A stretch of 64,000 nucleotides of DNA from Gammaproteobacteria bacterium (GCA_965243105.1 CBDEUC010000003.1:769217-833216); one strand, 5' to 3'; counted from the stretch's first letter, positions 9,903 through 19,681 are shown. The notes: a model not told the origin generated them from the letters alone. Numbers and translations are program-made.

Positions 9903-10838
9903 CTAAATAGTCAGCACGTCGCCGAGCTCTGTCGCGGCAACTTCCCGAATCCGCTCGCCGAGGCTTTTAAACAGGCCCCGCGCCGGTGAGCTGGCGCGCC
10001 AGGCCAGGACATGGTTTCGTCGTTCGCTAATACCCTGTACATCGCTGATGATCAGCTCGTCCCTCGCTCGAATTTCAGACTTGACGTACAGCGCAGGTAG
10101 AAAGGCGATACCCATTCCCATCACCACCATGTGGCGCAGGGTATCAAGACTCGTGCCTTCATAATCCCTTCGTACCGTGGCGCCTATTCGCTGGCACAGG
10201 TTGCTGATTTGGTGATGAAACAGGTGATGTTCACCGATTGTCAGCACTTCTTCGCCAAACAGGTCGGAAATGTTGATACGGTGCTTACGCGCAAGACGAT
10301 GATCCCTCGCCATGACCAGCCTGAGCGGCTCGGAAAAAAGGGGCGTCACGATCAGTTCCTGGGATTGAACCGGTTGCGTTGTCAGGACGAGATCATGATG
10401 CCCGTTCACCACCTCCTGCTCAAGATCGCTGGGCGCAGCTTCTCTCACGTAGAGCTTCAGGTTTACAAAATCCTCGTGGATGGTGGGTAATATCGCTGGT
10501 AGAAGGTAAGGGCCAAGGGTCGGCGTGACGCCGAGCCGGTAAGTGCCACCCAGTCCGTGGGTTACCGAGTTGGCCTGGTCGCAGAAACCTTCCACCTGCT
10601 CCATGATTCGCCGTGCACTGGGGATCAGTTCCCGGCCCGTGGGGGTCAGGTTGGCGCCCGAGCGGGTCCTCTCGAAAAGCGAGGTGTCCAGGCTCTCTTC
10701 CAGTGCCGCGATCTGCGCGGTCAGGGTGGGCTGGGTTACCCCTAACCTGTCCGCTGCGCGACGAAAGCTACCGGCCTCTGAAATTGCCAGGAAATACCGG
10801 ATTTGTCGCAGGGTGATACGTTCCAGCGTGTCCACCAC
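9903..10838 (-). CDS. LysR-family transcriptional regulator (OxyR-like substrate domain), divergent from carbonic anhydrase
   Basis: HTH 'TLRQIRYFLAI..GSFRRAADRLGVTQPTLTAQIAALE'; 'LGVTPTLGPYLLP', 'TSLDTLRHMV'. Start placed at GTG 10838 (or 10835); the longer 10919 start runs through the operator region. Confidence 0.9.
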   Translation of the reverse strand: MVDTLERITLRQIRYFLAISEAGSFRRAADRLGVTQPTLTAQIAALEESLDTSLFERTRSGANLTPTGRELIPSARRIMEQVEGFCDQANSVTHGLGGTYRLGVTPTLGPYLLPAILPTIHEDFVNLKLYVREAAPSDLEQEVVNGHHDLVLTTQPVQSQELIVTPLFSEPLRLVMARDHRLARKHRINISDLFGEEVLTIGEHHLFHHQISNLCQRIGATVRRDYEGTSLDTLRHMVVMGMGIAFLPALYVKSEIRARDELIISDVQGISERRNHVLAWRASSPARGLFKSLGERIREVAATELGDVLTI

Positions 10839-10865
10839 GGGTAATAGCCTCGTCTTTGAAATTTC

Positions 10866-10890
10866 CAGTGATAATAAAATACTATCACTG
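10866..10890. promoter_or_regulatory. LysR-type operator (T-N11-A inverted repeat)
   Basis: CAGTGATA-ataaaatac-TATCACTG, perfect 8-bp arms containing T-N11-A, in the divergent LysR/carbonic anhydrase intergenic region. Confidence 0.7.
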
Positions 10891-10987
10891 ATAATGGAAT
10901 TTTTTCTATTCCTTATCACCTCTAGCCGTCTAAGATGGCTCCATATTTAGCCACGCACCTCGAGTGCAAGAATTAAGCGGAGCAACC

Positions 10988-11638
10988 ATGGAAAAAGTCA
11001 TTAAAGGCATCATCGATTTTCAAAACGGTGATTTTAAATCCAGGGAAGCACTTTTCGCCGAGCTGGCCAATGGCCAGGCGCCGGAAGTGCTTTTCATCAC
11101 CTGTGCCGACTCGCGTATTGACCCCGGTCTCATTACGCAGACGGAACCAGGTGATCTCTTTGTCTGTCGTAATGCCGGTAACATTGTTCCGCCCCACGCG
11201 AAAATAAGCGGCGGCACGGTGGCTTCCATTGAATACGCAGTGGCGGTACTCGGCGTGAAGCATATCGTGGTTTGCGGTCACACCGACTGCGGTGCAATGA
11301 AGGGTGCACTGAATCCACAGGGCCTGGATGCCCTGCCCCATGTGCAGGACTGGCTGGAGCATGCGCGCGGCGCCGTGGAAGTGGTTGAAGCCAAGCGTGG
11401 CAAGGCAACGGCAGATGAATTATTGATGGTGATTGAAGAAAACGTGTTACTGCAGCTGCAGCATCTTCGCACGCACCCGGCGGTTGCAGCCGCCCTGGCT
11501 GCCGCGGAGGTGGAACTGCATGGCTGGGTTTACCACATCGGCGACGGCACGGTGACATGCCACGATGAGTCCACCGATGCGTTTGTGAACCTGGAGCAGC
11601 GTTACGCCCAGTATGTGAATAAATCAGAAGCCGCGTAG
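10988..11638 (+). CDS. Beta-class carbonic anhydrase (CynT/Can-like)
   Basis: Zn motifs 'CADSR' and 'HTDCG', plus 'GQAP', 'RNAGN'; start ATG 10988 after the GCGGAG RBS. Confidence 0.95.
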   Translation: MEKVIKGIIDFQNGDFKSREALFAELANGQAPEVLFITCADSRIDPGLITQTEPGDLFVCRNAGNIVPPHAKISGGTVASIEYAVAVLGVKHIVVCGHTDCGAMKGALNPQGLDALPHVQDWLEHARGAVEVVEAKRGKATADELLMVIEENVLLQLQHLRTHPAVAAALAAAEVELHGWVYHIGDGTVTCHDESTDAFVNLEQRYAQYVNKSEAA

Positions 11639-11701
11639 AACCTGGCTTCAAACAATAAAAAGTAGTTATTAAAAATAAACAACTCTACCTGGAGACATAG
11701 A

Positions 11702-13393
11702 ATGAAATTCGATTTGTCTAACTTGCGTGGTGATATTTACGGCGGCATCACTGCCGGTATTATCGCCCTTCCCCTGGCGCTGGCCTTTGGTGAAGCTTCC
11801 GGTGCCGGACCCATGGCGGGTCTTTACGGCGCCATTTTCGTCGGATTCTTTGCTGCCCTTTTTGGTGGCACCGGCTCGCAGATTTCCGGCCCGACAGGTC
11901 CGATGATCGTGGTTTTTGCCAGTGTTTATGCATCCCTTCACGGCAACCTTGGACTGATTTTCGCCACGGTGATCCTTGCCGGCGTGATACAGATTGCCAT
12001 GGGTGTCTTCAAGCTGGGCCAGTACATTCGACTGGTGCCCTACCCTGTAGTCTCCGGCTTCATGAGTGGTATCGGCTGTATCATCATCGCCCTGCAAACC
12101 GCCAGGCTCTTCGGCCACGAACCTGAAGGCGGCGGCACGGTACCGGCGCTGCTGGAAATTCCCGGTGCGGTTGCCGACCCCAATCTCGTGGCGTTGCTAG
12201 TCGGTGTTGTCACATTGATTATCGTGTTCAAGTGGCCCAAGCCCTGGGGCAAGTTTGTACCACCACCGCTGGCCGCCCTGCTTATCGGCACCACCCTGAG
12301 CCTGTTTGTGCCGGGTGCGCCAATACTGGGAGATATTCCAACGGGCTTACCCTCAATCATCGTGCCGCATTTCTCCACGGAATTTGCGCTGATCATGATA
12401 GAGGCCGCATTCATACTGGCCCTGCTGGGTGCCATCGACAGCCTGCTGACCTCGCTGGTGGCGGATAACATGACCCGCACCCGTCACAACTCCAATAAGG
12501 AGCTTATCGGACAGGGTATCGGTAACGTGGCCGCCGGTTTCTTTGGCGGTATTCCTGGCGCCGGCGCCACCATGAGGACCGTAGTTAACATCCGTACCGG
12601 TGGTCTTACGCGGATTTCCGGTATGCTTCACAGTATTCTCCTGCTGGCGATTGTTATTGCACTGGCACCGCTTGCTTCAAAGATTCCCCACGCGGTACTT
12701 GCTGGCATCCTGGTCAAAGTCGGCTATGACATTATCGATGTGTCCTATCTCAAGCGTGCCCACCAGGGACCACGCTGGGATCTTGGCCTGATGATGCTGG
12801 TACTACTGCTGACGGTATTTGTCGACCTCATTACCGCGGTAGCCACCGGCGTGGTACTGGCCGCCCTTGCCTTCGTCAAGCAAATGGCCGATGCCCAGCT
12901 TGAGGCCATCATGGAAAGTGATGCCGAGTCTCATAACCTGAGTGACGAGGAAAATTCCTTGCTGGAAAATGCTCGACATCACATCACCCTGTTTGATTTT
13001 GGCGGACCGCTTAGCTTTGGCGCTGCCGCTGACGTGGGTCACCAGGTAAGAGACCAGGCAAGAAAGAATGAGTCTCTCGCCATCATTCTCGATTTTACCA
13101 AGGTACCTTTTGTGGATGTCTCCTCTGCCCGCGCAGTGGAAACCATTGGCTGCGATGCCAACCACGCTGGCAAGAAGGTGTTTACTTCCGGTATGAATGA
13201 CGAGGTAAAGAAAATGCTCAGTGGTTTAAATGCAGACCATTGCCTGGGTAAGGATTCCCATTTCGGAAGCCGCCTCGAGGCCATCAGGGCTGCCTCCGAC
13301 TACGTGAATTCAAATGACCCGGGTACCAATGAAATGCCCCCTGGTTGTGATACACCGGAAAAGCCCGAGGCCGAAGCCGAGGCTAGCAATTAA
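11702..13393 (+). CDS. SulP/SLC26-family anion transporter with STAS domain (BicA-like, probably bicarbonate)
   Basis: 'GDIYGGITAGIIALPLALAFG', 'QISGPTGP', 'ELIGQGIGN', 'GAGATMRT'; STAS 'GPLSFGAA...LDFTKVPFVDVS'; directly behind carbonic anhydrase. Confidence 0.92.
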   Translation: MKFDLSNLRGDIYGGITAGIIALPLALAFGEASGAGPMAGLYGAIFVGFFAALFGGTGSQISGPTGPMIVVFASVYASLHGNLGLIFATVILAGVIQIAMGVFKLGQYIRLVPYPVVSGFMSGIGCIIIALQTARLFGHEPEGGGTVPALLEIPGAVADPNLVALLVGVVTLIIVFKWPKPWGKFVPPPLAALLIGTTLSLFVPGAPILGDIPTGLPSIIVPHFSTEFALIMIEAAFILALLGAIDSLLTSLVADNMTRTRHNSNKELIGQGIGNVAAGFFGGIPGAGATMRTVVNIRTGGLTRISGMLHSILLLAIVIALAPLASKIPHAVLAGILVKVGYDIIDVSYLKRAHQGPRWDLGLMMLVLLLTVFVDLITAVATGVVLAALAFVKQMADAQLEAIMESDAESHNLSDEENSLLENARHHITLFDFGGPLSFGAAADVGHQVRDQARKNESLAIILDFTKVPFVDVSSARAVETIGCDANHAGKKVFTSGMNDEVKKMLSGLNADHCLGKDSHFGSRLEAIRAASDYVNSNDPGTNEMPPGCDTPEKPEAEAEASN

Positions 13394-13416
13394 ACCGGTA
13401 AGGGCTGTGGTATAAG

Positions 13417-13447
13417 AAAAGGGCCAGCATTTAGCTGGCCCTTTTTT
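13417..13447. terminator. Bidirectional Rho-independent terminator
   Basis: AAAAGGGCCAGC-attta-GCTGGCCCTTTTTT between the convergent SulP and AraC genes. Confidence 0.85.
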
Positions 13448-14240
13448 ATTTATGCTGTGACTGCAGGTATTTTTTTGGCGGATAGCCAATCTTGTCGCGG
13501 AACATCGCAATAAAAGCGCTGGAACTGGTATAGCCCAGTTCATAGGCGACTGCAGTTACTGACATGCCCTCTGATAACAGCTTTACCGCCGAGAGTAGTC
13601 GCAAATGCTGGCGCCATTGCCTGAAACTCATTCCCAGTTCTTCGCGAAAATGCCTTTCAAGTGTGCGTTCACTGGCACCCACTTTTGCCGTCCAGTCTTT
13701 CAGTGAGCGGGCATCACCGGGGTTTGCCATCAGCGCATTACAAATCAGCTGCAGACGTCGATCTGCTGGCAGCGGTAGTTGTAAAGGCTGGGGCTCCAGG
13801 CTGGCCAGCATTTCCGGTATCAATGTCATCAGCTGTGTTTGCAGTGATTCTGACAGTAAAGAGTTTTCAGAGGTGACAGACAGGATCAGCTCCCTTAACA
13901 ACGCGGGAACATTAACCACCACGCATTCTTTCGGCAGTTTTGTTGCTACCCCCGGGTGCAGGTACAGGGTTCGAAAGGCCACAGAACTTTCATTGATCAC
14001 CGAGTGAGTCACCCCGGGCGGCACCCAGACCGCCTGCTGGGGTGGTACCACCCAGGTGGCCTGCTCGGTGCGAACACGCATAACCCCCTCGGCAGCGTAG
14101 ACCAGCTGCGCGCGAAAATGGTCATGGGCCGGCACTTCAAAGGTCTCGGGGCGATCGTGGGCAATAGCAATTACCGGTCGCGAGACATCCTCGTCATCAC
14201 CATGGCGATCGCGATTATCATGTTGGCGGGAAATCGACAT
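13446..14240 (-). CDS. AraC/XylS-family regulator with cupin sensor domain
   Basis: 'HDHFRAQLVYA', 'WVVPPQQAVWVPPGVTH'; double HTH 'ASERTLERHF', 'VAYELGYTSSSAFIAMFR'; divergent from the Mo/W enzyme gene. Confidence 0.92.
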   Translation of the reverse strand: MSISRQHDNRDRHGDDEDVSRPVIAIAHDRPETFEVPAHDHFRAQLVYAAEGVMRVRTEQATWVVPPQQAVWVPPGVTHSVINESSVAFRTLYLHPGVATKLPKECVVVNVPALLRELILSVTSENSLLSESLQTQLMTLIPEMLASLEPQPLQLPLPADRRLQLICNALMANPGDARSLKDWTAKVGASERTLERHFREELGMSFRQWRQHLRLLSAVKLLSEGMSVTAVAYELGYTSSSAFIAMFRDKIGYPPKKYLQSQHK

Positions 14241-14330
14241 AACCTGACGAAATATAGCATAAACGGCAAGTCCCGATGAACTAGAATTTCATCCATAAAA
14301 TGCAAAATTGCCCCTCTAAAGGAGAGCGCC

Positions 14331-16481
14331 GTGGATACAAAGACATCAAAAGAAAACCTGGAAAAAACCGGCAACAAGGTGGTTCATACCAACTGCCGTG
14401 CCTGTGGACATGCCGGCTGCGGCGCCTTTATTACCCTGGAAGATAACAAAGTGGTGAAAATCCAGGGGGACAAAGATCACCCCATCAGCAAAGGTTACCT
14501 GTGTCGAAAGGCAAGGGGGTTTGTCCAGGACATGCAATATCACAAGGACCGATTGCTGTATCCAAAGAAAAGAGTGGGCAAGAAAGGCGAAGGCAAGTGG
14601 GAACGTATCAGCTGGGATGAAGCACTCACCACCATTGCCGAGAAATTTAACCAGATCAAGGAAGAAAACGGACCTGAGTCCGTGATCTTTGGGCATGGCA
14701 CGGGGCGCAGTCATCACCGCTTTGTTTACCGTGTCGCCAACGCCTTTGGATCACCCAACGTGCTGGCGAACGGGCATGTCTGCTACCTGCCAAGGCTTGC
14801 CGTGTCAAAGCAGCTGGGTATGTCGGTCCCCATCGTCGATTACGACAACCACCCGGAGTGCATCATGTCCTGGGGTTCCAACACGATTAAATCCAACGCG
14901 GATGAATATATTGGTGTGAACCTTGGGCTTAACCTGAAGCGCAAACCCCGTTACATCGTGGTAGACCCGCAGCGAACTGACCTGGCCAAGAAAGCCGAGA
15001 TTCATCTTCAACTCAGGCCCGGTACCGACGTTGCGCTGTCCATGGCCATGATGCACGTGATGGTGAAAGAGGATCTTTACGACAAGAACTTCGTGGAAAA
15101 CTACAGCACGGGTTTTGAACAATTCTGCGAACGTCTTGAAGAATACAGCCCGGAAGTTGCCGAGAAAATCACCTGGGTACCAAAGGAAAAAATCATCGAA
15201 GCGGCGCGTCTTTTTGCTTCGATCAAGCCAGCCGCGATTCAATGGGGTGTTGGCATTGAACACGGAGTTAACTGTGCTGATTCCGACCGCACGCTGATCT
15301 TTATGTCAGCGCTGACTGGCAACCTTGACGCACCTGGTGGCAATGTCATGTTTGGCCCACCACCCGGATTACCACGCATGGAATTTTGCGGCACCAACTT
15401 CCATGACAATGTTGACAAGATGCTGGGAGGTAACCGCTACCGCCTGGCAGCCTCAATCAACAGGATCACTCCCCACGTAATCTGGGACGCCATCGAGACA
15501 GGCGAACCCTACCCCGTGCGTGGCATGATCATTAACGGCTCCAACCCTCTTGCAGTGAGAGCCAACACGTCACGGGTCTATGAATCCCTGATGAACCTGG
15601 AGTTCCTGGTAGTGATGGATATCTATCCCACGCCGACCGCGGAGCTGGCAGACATTGTTCTTCCCGCTGCAACCTGGCTTGAGCACAACAATATTGCCGA
15701 CTACTGGAAATCCCATGGCTACATATTCCCAAGACCCAAGGTGGTCGAACCACCCGGTGAGTGCATGAGCGACGTGGAAATGCTCAACAAGCTTGGCAAA
15801 TACCTTGGTTTTGAAGACCAGTTCTGGGATAACTATGAAGACTCGCTGGATTACATCCTCGAACCAGCCGGCGTCACCTGGGAAGAATTCAAGGACATGG
15901 ATTACCTGCGCAACGAACCGAAGTTTCGAAAATATGAAACCGAGGGCTTCAAGTCGAAGTCAGGCAAGTTCGACTTCTACATTGAGCAAAATAAGGAATG
16001 GGGTTACGACCCGATGCCAAAACATCACGAACCACCGGAAAGCCCTGCAAGAGAAGCCGAGTTTGTTGAGAAGTATCCACTGGTGTTAACCACGGGTACA
16101 CGCACCGCGGAGTACTTTGGATCGGAACATCGTCATAGTGAATTACTTCGCAAGATGCATCCCTATCCGCTTCTTAATATTCACCCCGAAGCTGCGGCTG
16201 CGCGCGGTATCGAGCATGGAGACTGGGTGTATATCGAGAGCCCGCGTGGAAAGGTCAAGCACAAGGCAAACGTGACTGAAGATGTTGATTCAAGGGTAGT
16301 CGCCGCGGAATTTGCCTGGTGGTACCCGGAAATGAAAGCGCCGGACTATGGCTTCCGCGATTGCAGTATTAACTTTCTTACCGATGACAAGAACGTCGGG
16401 CCTGAATCAGGTTCAACCAATCTCAAGGGCCTGATGTGCCAGGTCAGCAAGGCAGATGAACCGCCGGCGGCTTATCAATAG
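14331..16481 (+). CDS. Mo/W-bis-PGD oxidoreductase, DMSO-reductase superfamily, acetylene-hydratase-like subfamily; cytoplasmic, single gene
   Basis: N-terminal [4Fe-4S] motif 'CRACGHAGC...YLCRK'; 'RLLYP...WERISWDEAL'; putative Cys metal ligand in 'GHVCY'; 'LRPGTDVAL', 'PYPVRG', 'PTAELADIVLPAATWLE', 'HGDWVYIESPRG'; no Tat signal; GTG start with AAGGAG RBS. Confidence 0.88.
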   Translation: MDTKTSKENLEKTGNKVVHTNCRACGHAGCGAFITLEDNKVVKIQGDKDHPISKGYLCRKARGFVQDMQYHKDRLLYPKKRVGKKGEGKWERISWDEALTTIAEKFNQIKEENGPESVIFGHGTGRSHHRFVYRVANAFGSPNVLANGHVCYLPRLAVSKQLGMSVPIVDYDNHPECIMSWGSNTIKSNADEYIGVNLGLNLKRKPRYIVVDPQRTDLAKKAEIHLQLRPGTDVALSMAMMHVMVKEDLYDKNFVENYSTGFEQFCERLEEYSPEVAEKITWVPKEKIIEAARLFASIKPAAIQWGVGIEHGVNCADSDRTLIFMSALTGNLDAPGGNVMFGPPPGLPRMEFCGTNFHDNVDKMLGGNRYRLAASINRITPHVIWDAIETGEPYPVRGMIINGSNPLAVRANTSRVYESLMNLEFLVVMDIYPTPTAELADIVLPAATWLEHNNIADYWKSHGYIFPRPKVVEPPGECMSDVEMLNKLGKYLGFEDQFWDNYEDSLDYILEPAGVTWEEFKDMDYLRNEPKFRKYETEGFKSKSGKFDFYIEQNKEWGYDPMPKHHEPPESPAREAEFVEKYPLVLTTGTRTAEYFGSEHRHSELLRKMHPYPLLNIHPEAAAARGIEHGDWVYIESPRGKVKHKANVTEDVDSRVVAAEFAWWYPEMKAPDYGFRDCSINFLTDDKNVGPESGSTNLKGLMCQVSKADEPPAAYQ

Positions 16482-16505
16482 CAGGCTTTAAGTAAGCAAT
16501 GCGAG

Positions 16506-16535
16506 AAAGGCCGCCCAATGGGCGGCCTTTTTTTT
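16506..16535. terminator. Rho-independent terminator between convergent genes
   Basis: AAAGGCCGCCC-aat-GGGCGGCCTTTTTTTT. Confidence 0.88.
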
Positions 16536-16541
16536 GAGTGA

Positions 16542-17579
16542 TTAAACCGATTCCGCGGATACAGCGGTGTGAATATCCATGAGTTCCGCCAGGGTCTCGC
16601 GTGGACGACGCCCAAAACCACATTCCGTGGCAACGCCAAAACGAGATGCGTATTTTTTTGCGCTCTCGATTCGCCGGCGTGCTCCCTCTTCTCCATCGGT
16701 GTAATGTACCAGGCCGAGATATAACTCTGTCTCGCCCGGAAGATTGAGCCTGACCAGCGGCTTGAAGTAGTCCTCGTCGCTGCGGTCCCTTGGCACCGGC
16801 ATGTGTATCCAGTTCAGGCTGCGTGAAAGTCCAGCTACGATGTCATTAGAAACTGAGACCAGTAACTCAGTGTCTTTCGGTTCACAAAAATGCTTGTGCT
16901 GGGAATCCCCGTAGCAAAGATGAAAACCCATCTCTATTGAAGCCGGGACCCTGTGAGCCAGTCGCAGCAGGCGCTCTACAATGCCCTGCTGCAGATCATC
17001 CATGTAGGAAGGCATCACGCCCTCGAGCACGGCAAATTCCACGGCCGTATCCCACTGGATTGCCAGCTCGTCATGAGGAATAGCTGCAATAATTGTCTCA
17101 AGATCCTGCAATAGTTTTTCCTCGTACTGCGGCTCAAAATCTTCCTGCAGGGTCGGCTCAACATAGATATGGCTAATTGCCAGGGGTGTTGGCAGGCACA
17201 CGAGGAACTTGTGCGCTGGCGACACTTTACCTTCGGATTTCAAGCGGGAAAATATCTCGTAGGATTCCAGCGCCACTTCTGCGTAGGCCAGGTCGGCCAG
17301 TTCCAGCTTCTTGCTGTTGCCCCCGGGGCTTAAACCCAGCTGGTGAATTTGCGTGTACTTGAAGCTGTCGTTTTCCACCAGCTGTAAATTCGGATTGTCT
17401 TTCAGTCTTTTTAACTGCCAATCTATCCAGTTTGTCCTTATGCCGGTCTCGCCATCCGGTATGCGCTTTACATGCTTACCCAGGTGTTGCACAACATGCT
17501 GAAAGACCTCGGTGCTATTGTCATAGGGAACACTTCCAACGAGGTGTACACCGCATACATGGTCTGTAGAACTGTTCAT
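16542..17579 (-). CDS. Divergent MetE/UROD-fold (methionine synthase-like) protein
   Basis: 'VHLVGSVP', 'RIPDGETG.R..WI', 'AIQWD', Zn-ligand-like 'FHLCYGD' and 'ATECGFGR'; 345 aa. Confidence 0.75.
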   Translation of the reverse strand: MNSSTDHVCGVHLVGSVPYDNSTEVFQHVVQHLGKHVKRIPDGETGIRTNWIDWQLKRLKDNPNLQLVENDSFKYTQIHQLGLSPGGNSKKLELADLAYAEVALESYEIFSRLKSEGKVSPAHKFLVCLPTPLAISHIYVEPTLQEDFEPQYEEKLLQDLETIIAAIPHDELAIQWDTAVEFAVLEGVMPSYMDDLQQGIVERLLRLAHRVPASIEMGFHLCYGDSQHKHFCEPKDTELLVSVSNDIVAGLSRSLNWIHMPVPRDRSDEDYFKPLVRLNLPGETELYLGLVHYTDGEEGARRRIESAKKYASRFGVATECGFGRRPRETLAELMDIHTAVSAESV

Positions 17580-17588
17580 CGTTACTCC

Positions 17589-19652
17589 TTAATGTTGTGG
17601 CTGGTACCATATGGGAGAAGTCCAGGCCATCTCCTGGATGATCCTGGGCACGCCTGGATCCGTGCACGCCGCCGGCCTGCGCTCTTCTTCAAGTCGCAGG
17701 CACTCCAGGTGACTCCAGCGGGGACTCGGGTTTTCCACTACACGAAGATAATAGTAGGCCGGTTCCTGCGGGTTAAAATCGGGGTCACGATACACCGTGC
17801 ACAACTGGCTGAATCCATCACCTGTCCTTTCACCTGTTTCCAGGTTTACGCTGGCACCGTTATCAGCATTACCGGCAACGGTGGTGACGCTATAGCGGCT
17901 GTCCCCCTGTTCATTCACCCAGCCTTTTACTAACTGCAGCTGCTGCAGGGGTGCACCCTCTTCACCGGGGTCACGCTGCGCCGCCAGTAAAAATGCCGGG
18001 GCCTGTTCATTTACCCTTGCAGGTAAATCCCCCCCCATGGGGACACCATTAGCATAGGCCTGTTCAATCATGTTTGCCTGGTCACACATACCTTCTGCAA
18101 AATTCCAGGCGGCAAAAAGACGCGGCTTGATACGCGGGCCGGAGGTACCAAACACCTCGCGTCGTTGAAACGCATCAAAGATCGCATCCCGTGAATTCTC
18201 AACTGCCCAGACCCCGGCGAGACCACCCGCATTTCCCACGATACCGCTGGTCAGGTAGCCCGGCACCAGTCTTTCTTCCGGCGTGGATTCTTTTGATACA
18301 TGTCCCTGCCAGTTGGATTCAGAAACTGCGCCGGGCGTAGAAAGGTGAGTATCAGTACTCGCTATGACACCCAGTTTTACCGGGTTTAGACCAATGTCCT
18401 TTTCTTCCTGTAATCCGGTCAACAGCATCGATCTCAAAAAGTCATTTTTAGACACGCAGCCAGCTCCACGCATGCCAAACCTGCCAATGCCATCGCCACA
18501 GTCCTCGGTGACCACTTCTTCTTTCTCTACCTGCAGCTTTCCATCCTTGAGGCTGATAGGTGTTCCGATATTAACCTCGCCCATGGTTCGCACCGATTCA
18601 AAATTACAAAGTTCATCGGGCTCACCAAGAATACCCGCCAGCCCGTTAAAGCACTCGGAGTTACCCTTGTGCTGGAATATCTCGATGACGGGTTCGCGCT
18701 GCAGGCGCTTGCCGGCATATGCCAGCTTGTTGTCGATACTTGCCTCCATTCCCAGGTAAGGCGACATACGTCCATTAGCAAGGTTGCTGTTGTGGGGTAT
18801 GGTCAGGTAATCACAGTTATTCTCAGCGCTGCAGCCATCATCCAGCTGTTGCCAGAGCTGGTGGTCATAGCGTGCTTCGACATAGGAGACGGGCAAGGCG
18901 GGTACGTTGGCATTCCTGAAGATCACGTTGTGATGATAGTTGGCGAGCTGTGGTGTACCGGTATATTCATAGCCGACAAAGCTGCTAAAGCTGCACTCAC
19001 TGCTGCGATCGTAGGCAGCCTCGGCACTGTCGATAATGCGTTGCCAGGGCGCTGATGCATACTCCCTGCAAATGCCACCGTCGCTGCCGCAAAGTTGCTC
19101 AATACGCGCGGGAGTCTCAGAGGTGACGACTGTACCCAGAAGTCTCATACCATGGCGTTCGGATGTACGGTAATCCCTGCAAAAATCACTGTCATAGCGA
19201 GGTGAACTCTCGTCACGACAAAGACGTCTTTCCCCGAGGAATTCGGCGTGATCCGTAACCGCGAGGAAATCCAGTGGTTCGGAAAGCTTTATCTGCCCGG
19301 TAACAGTGCCATTTTCATCAACCGGAAAGAAAGGAATGTTCTTTCCCCTGGCAAAACGGTAGGCATCTTCCGGGTAAGTGCCGGTACTGTTTGCAGCGGC
19401 ATCAAACGACAGCGCGGTATGCACATGTACATCGCCAAATAATGCCTGTCGATTTGCCGTGTAGTTATCACAGGCTTCTCTCTCTTCGCTATAGCTTACC
19501 AGCCTGTCCTGTTCAACCTTGACCGTCGCATGCGCGCCAGTGCTTCCAGGCAGGCTATTTGAAGTAGCCGCAGGTTCCTCATTGTCACTGCAGGCTGTCA
19601 GAGAAAAAATAATGGACAGAAAAACCGCGTGAACAATCTTTGAATATCTCAT
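17589..19652 (-). CDS. DUF3604-family lipoprotein (PHP-like metal-binding hydrolase fold)
   Basis: Lipobox 'LTAC'; 'LFGDVHVHTALSFDA', 'LDFLAVTDHAE', 'GYEYT', 'IPHNSN', 'EIFQHKGNSEC', 'STDTH', 'EMAWTSPIWY'. Start moved to ATG 19652 because 19697 lies inside the upstream terminator. Confidence 0.85.
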   Translation of the reverse strand: MRYSKIVHAVFLSIIFSLTACSDNEEPAATSNSLPGSTGAHATVKVEQDRLVSYSEEREACDNYTANRQALFGDVHVHTALSFDAAANSTGTYPEDAYRFARGKNIPFFPVDENGTVTGQIKLSEPLDFLAVTDHAEFLGERRLCRDESSPRYDSDFCRDYRTSERHGMRLLGTVVTSETPARIEQLCGSDGGICREYASAPWQRIIDSAEAAYDRSSECSFSSFVGYEYTGTPQLANYHHNVIFRNANVPALPVSYVEARYDHQLWQQLDDGCSAENNCDYLTIPHNSNLANGRMSPYLGMEASIDNKLAYAGKRLQREPVIEIFQHKGNSECFNGLAGILGEPDELCNFESVRTMGEVNIGTPISLKDGKLQVEKEEVVTEDCGDGIGRFGMRGAGCVSKNDFLRSMLLTGLQEEKDIGLNPVKLGVIASTDTHLSTPGAVSESNWQGHVSKESTPEERLVPGYLTSGIVGNAGGLAGVWAVENSRDAIFDAFQRREVFGTSGPRIKPRLFAAWNFAEGMCDQANMIEQAYANGVPMGGDLPARVNEQAPAFLLAAQRDPGEEGAPLQQLQLVKGWVNEQGDSRYSVTTVAGNADNGASVNLETGERTGDGFSQLCTVYRDPDFNPQEPAYYYLRVVENPSPRWSHLECLRLEEERRPAACTDPGVPRIIQEMAWTSPIWYQPQH

Positions 19653-19681
19653 GAATGGACCCGGAAAAAAATTATCAAGAT

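Noticed and set aside
9903-10919. oxyR, and the 338-aa long form of the ORF
   Set aside because: Peroxidatic Cys missing; the extra N-terminal 27 codons run through the AT-rich operator and precede the usual LysR HTH start.
14331-16481. Calling it acetylene hydratase, formate dehydrogenase or nitrate reductase
   Set aside because: The catalytic Asp after the second Fe-S Cys is absent; no partner subunits or family-specific motifs for Fdh/Nar/Nap.
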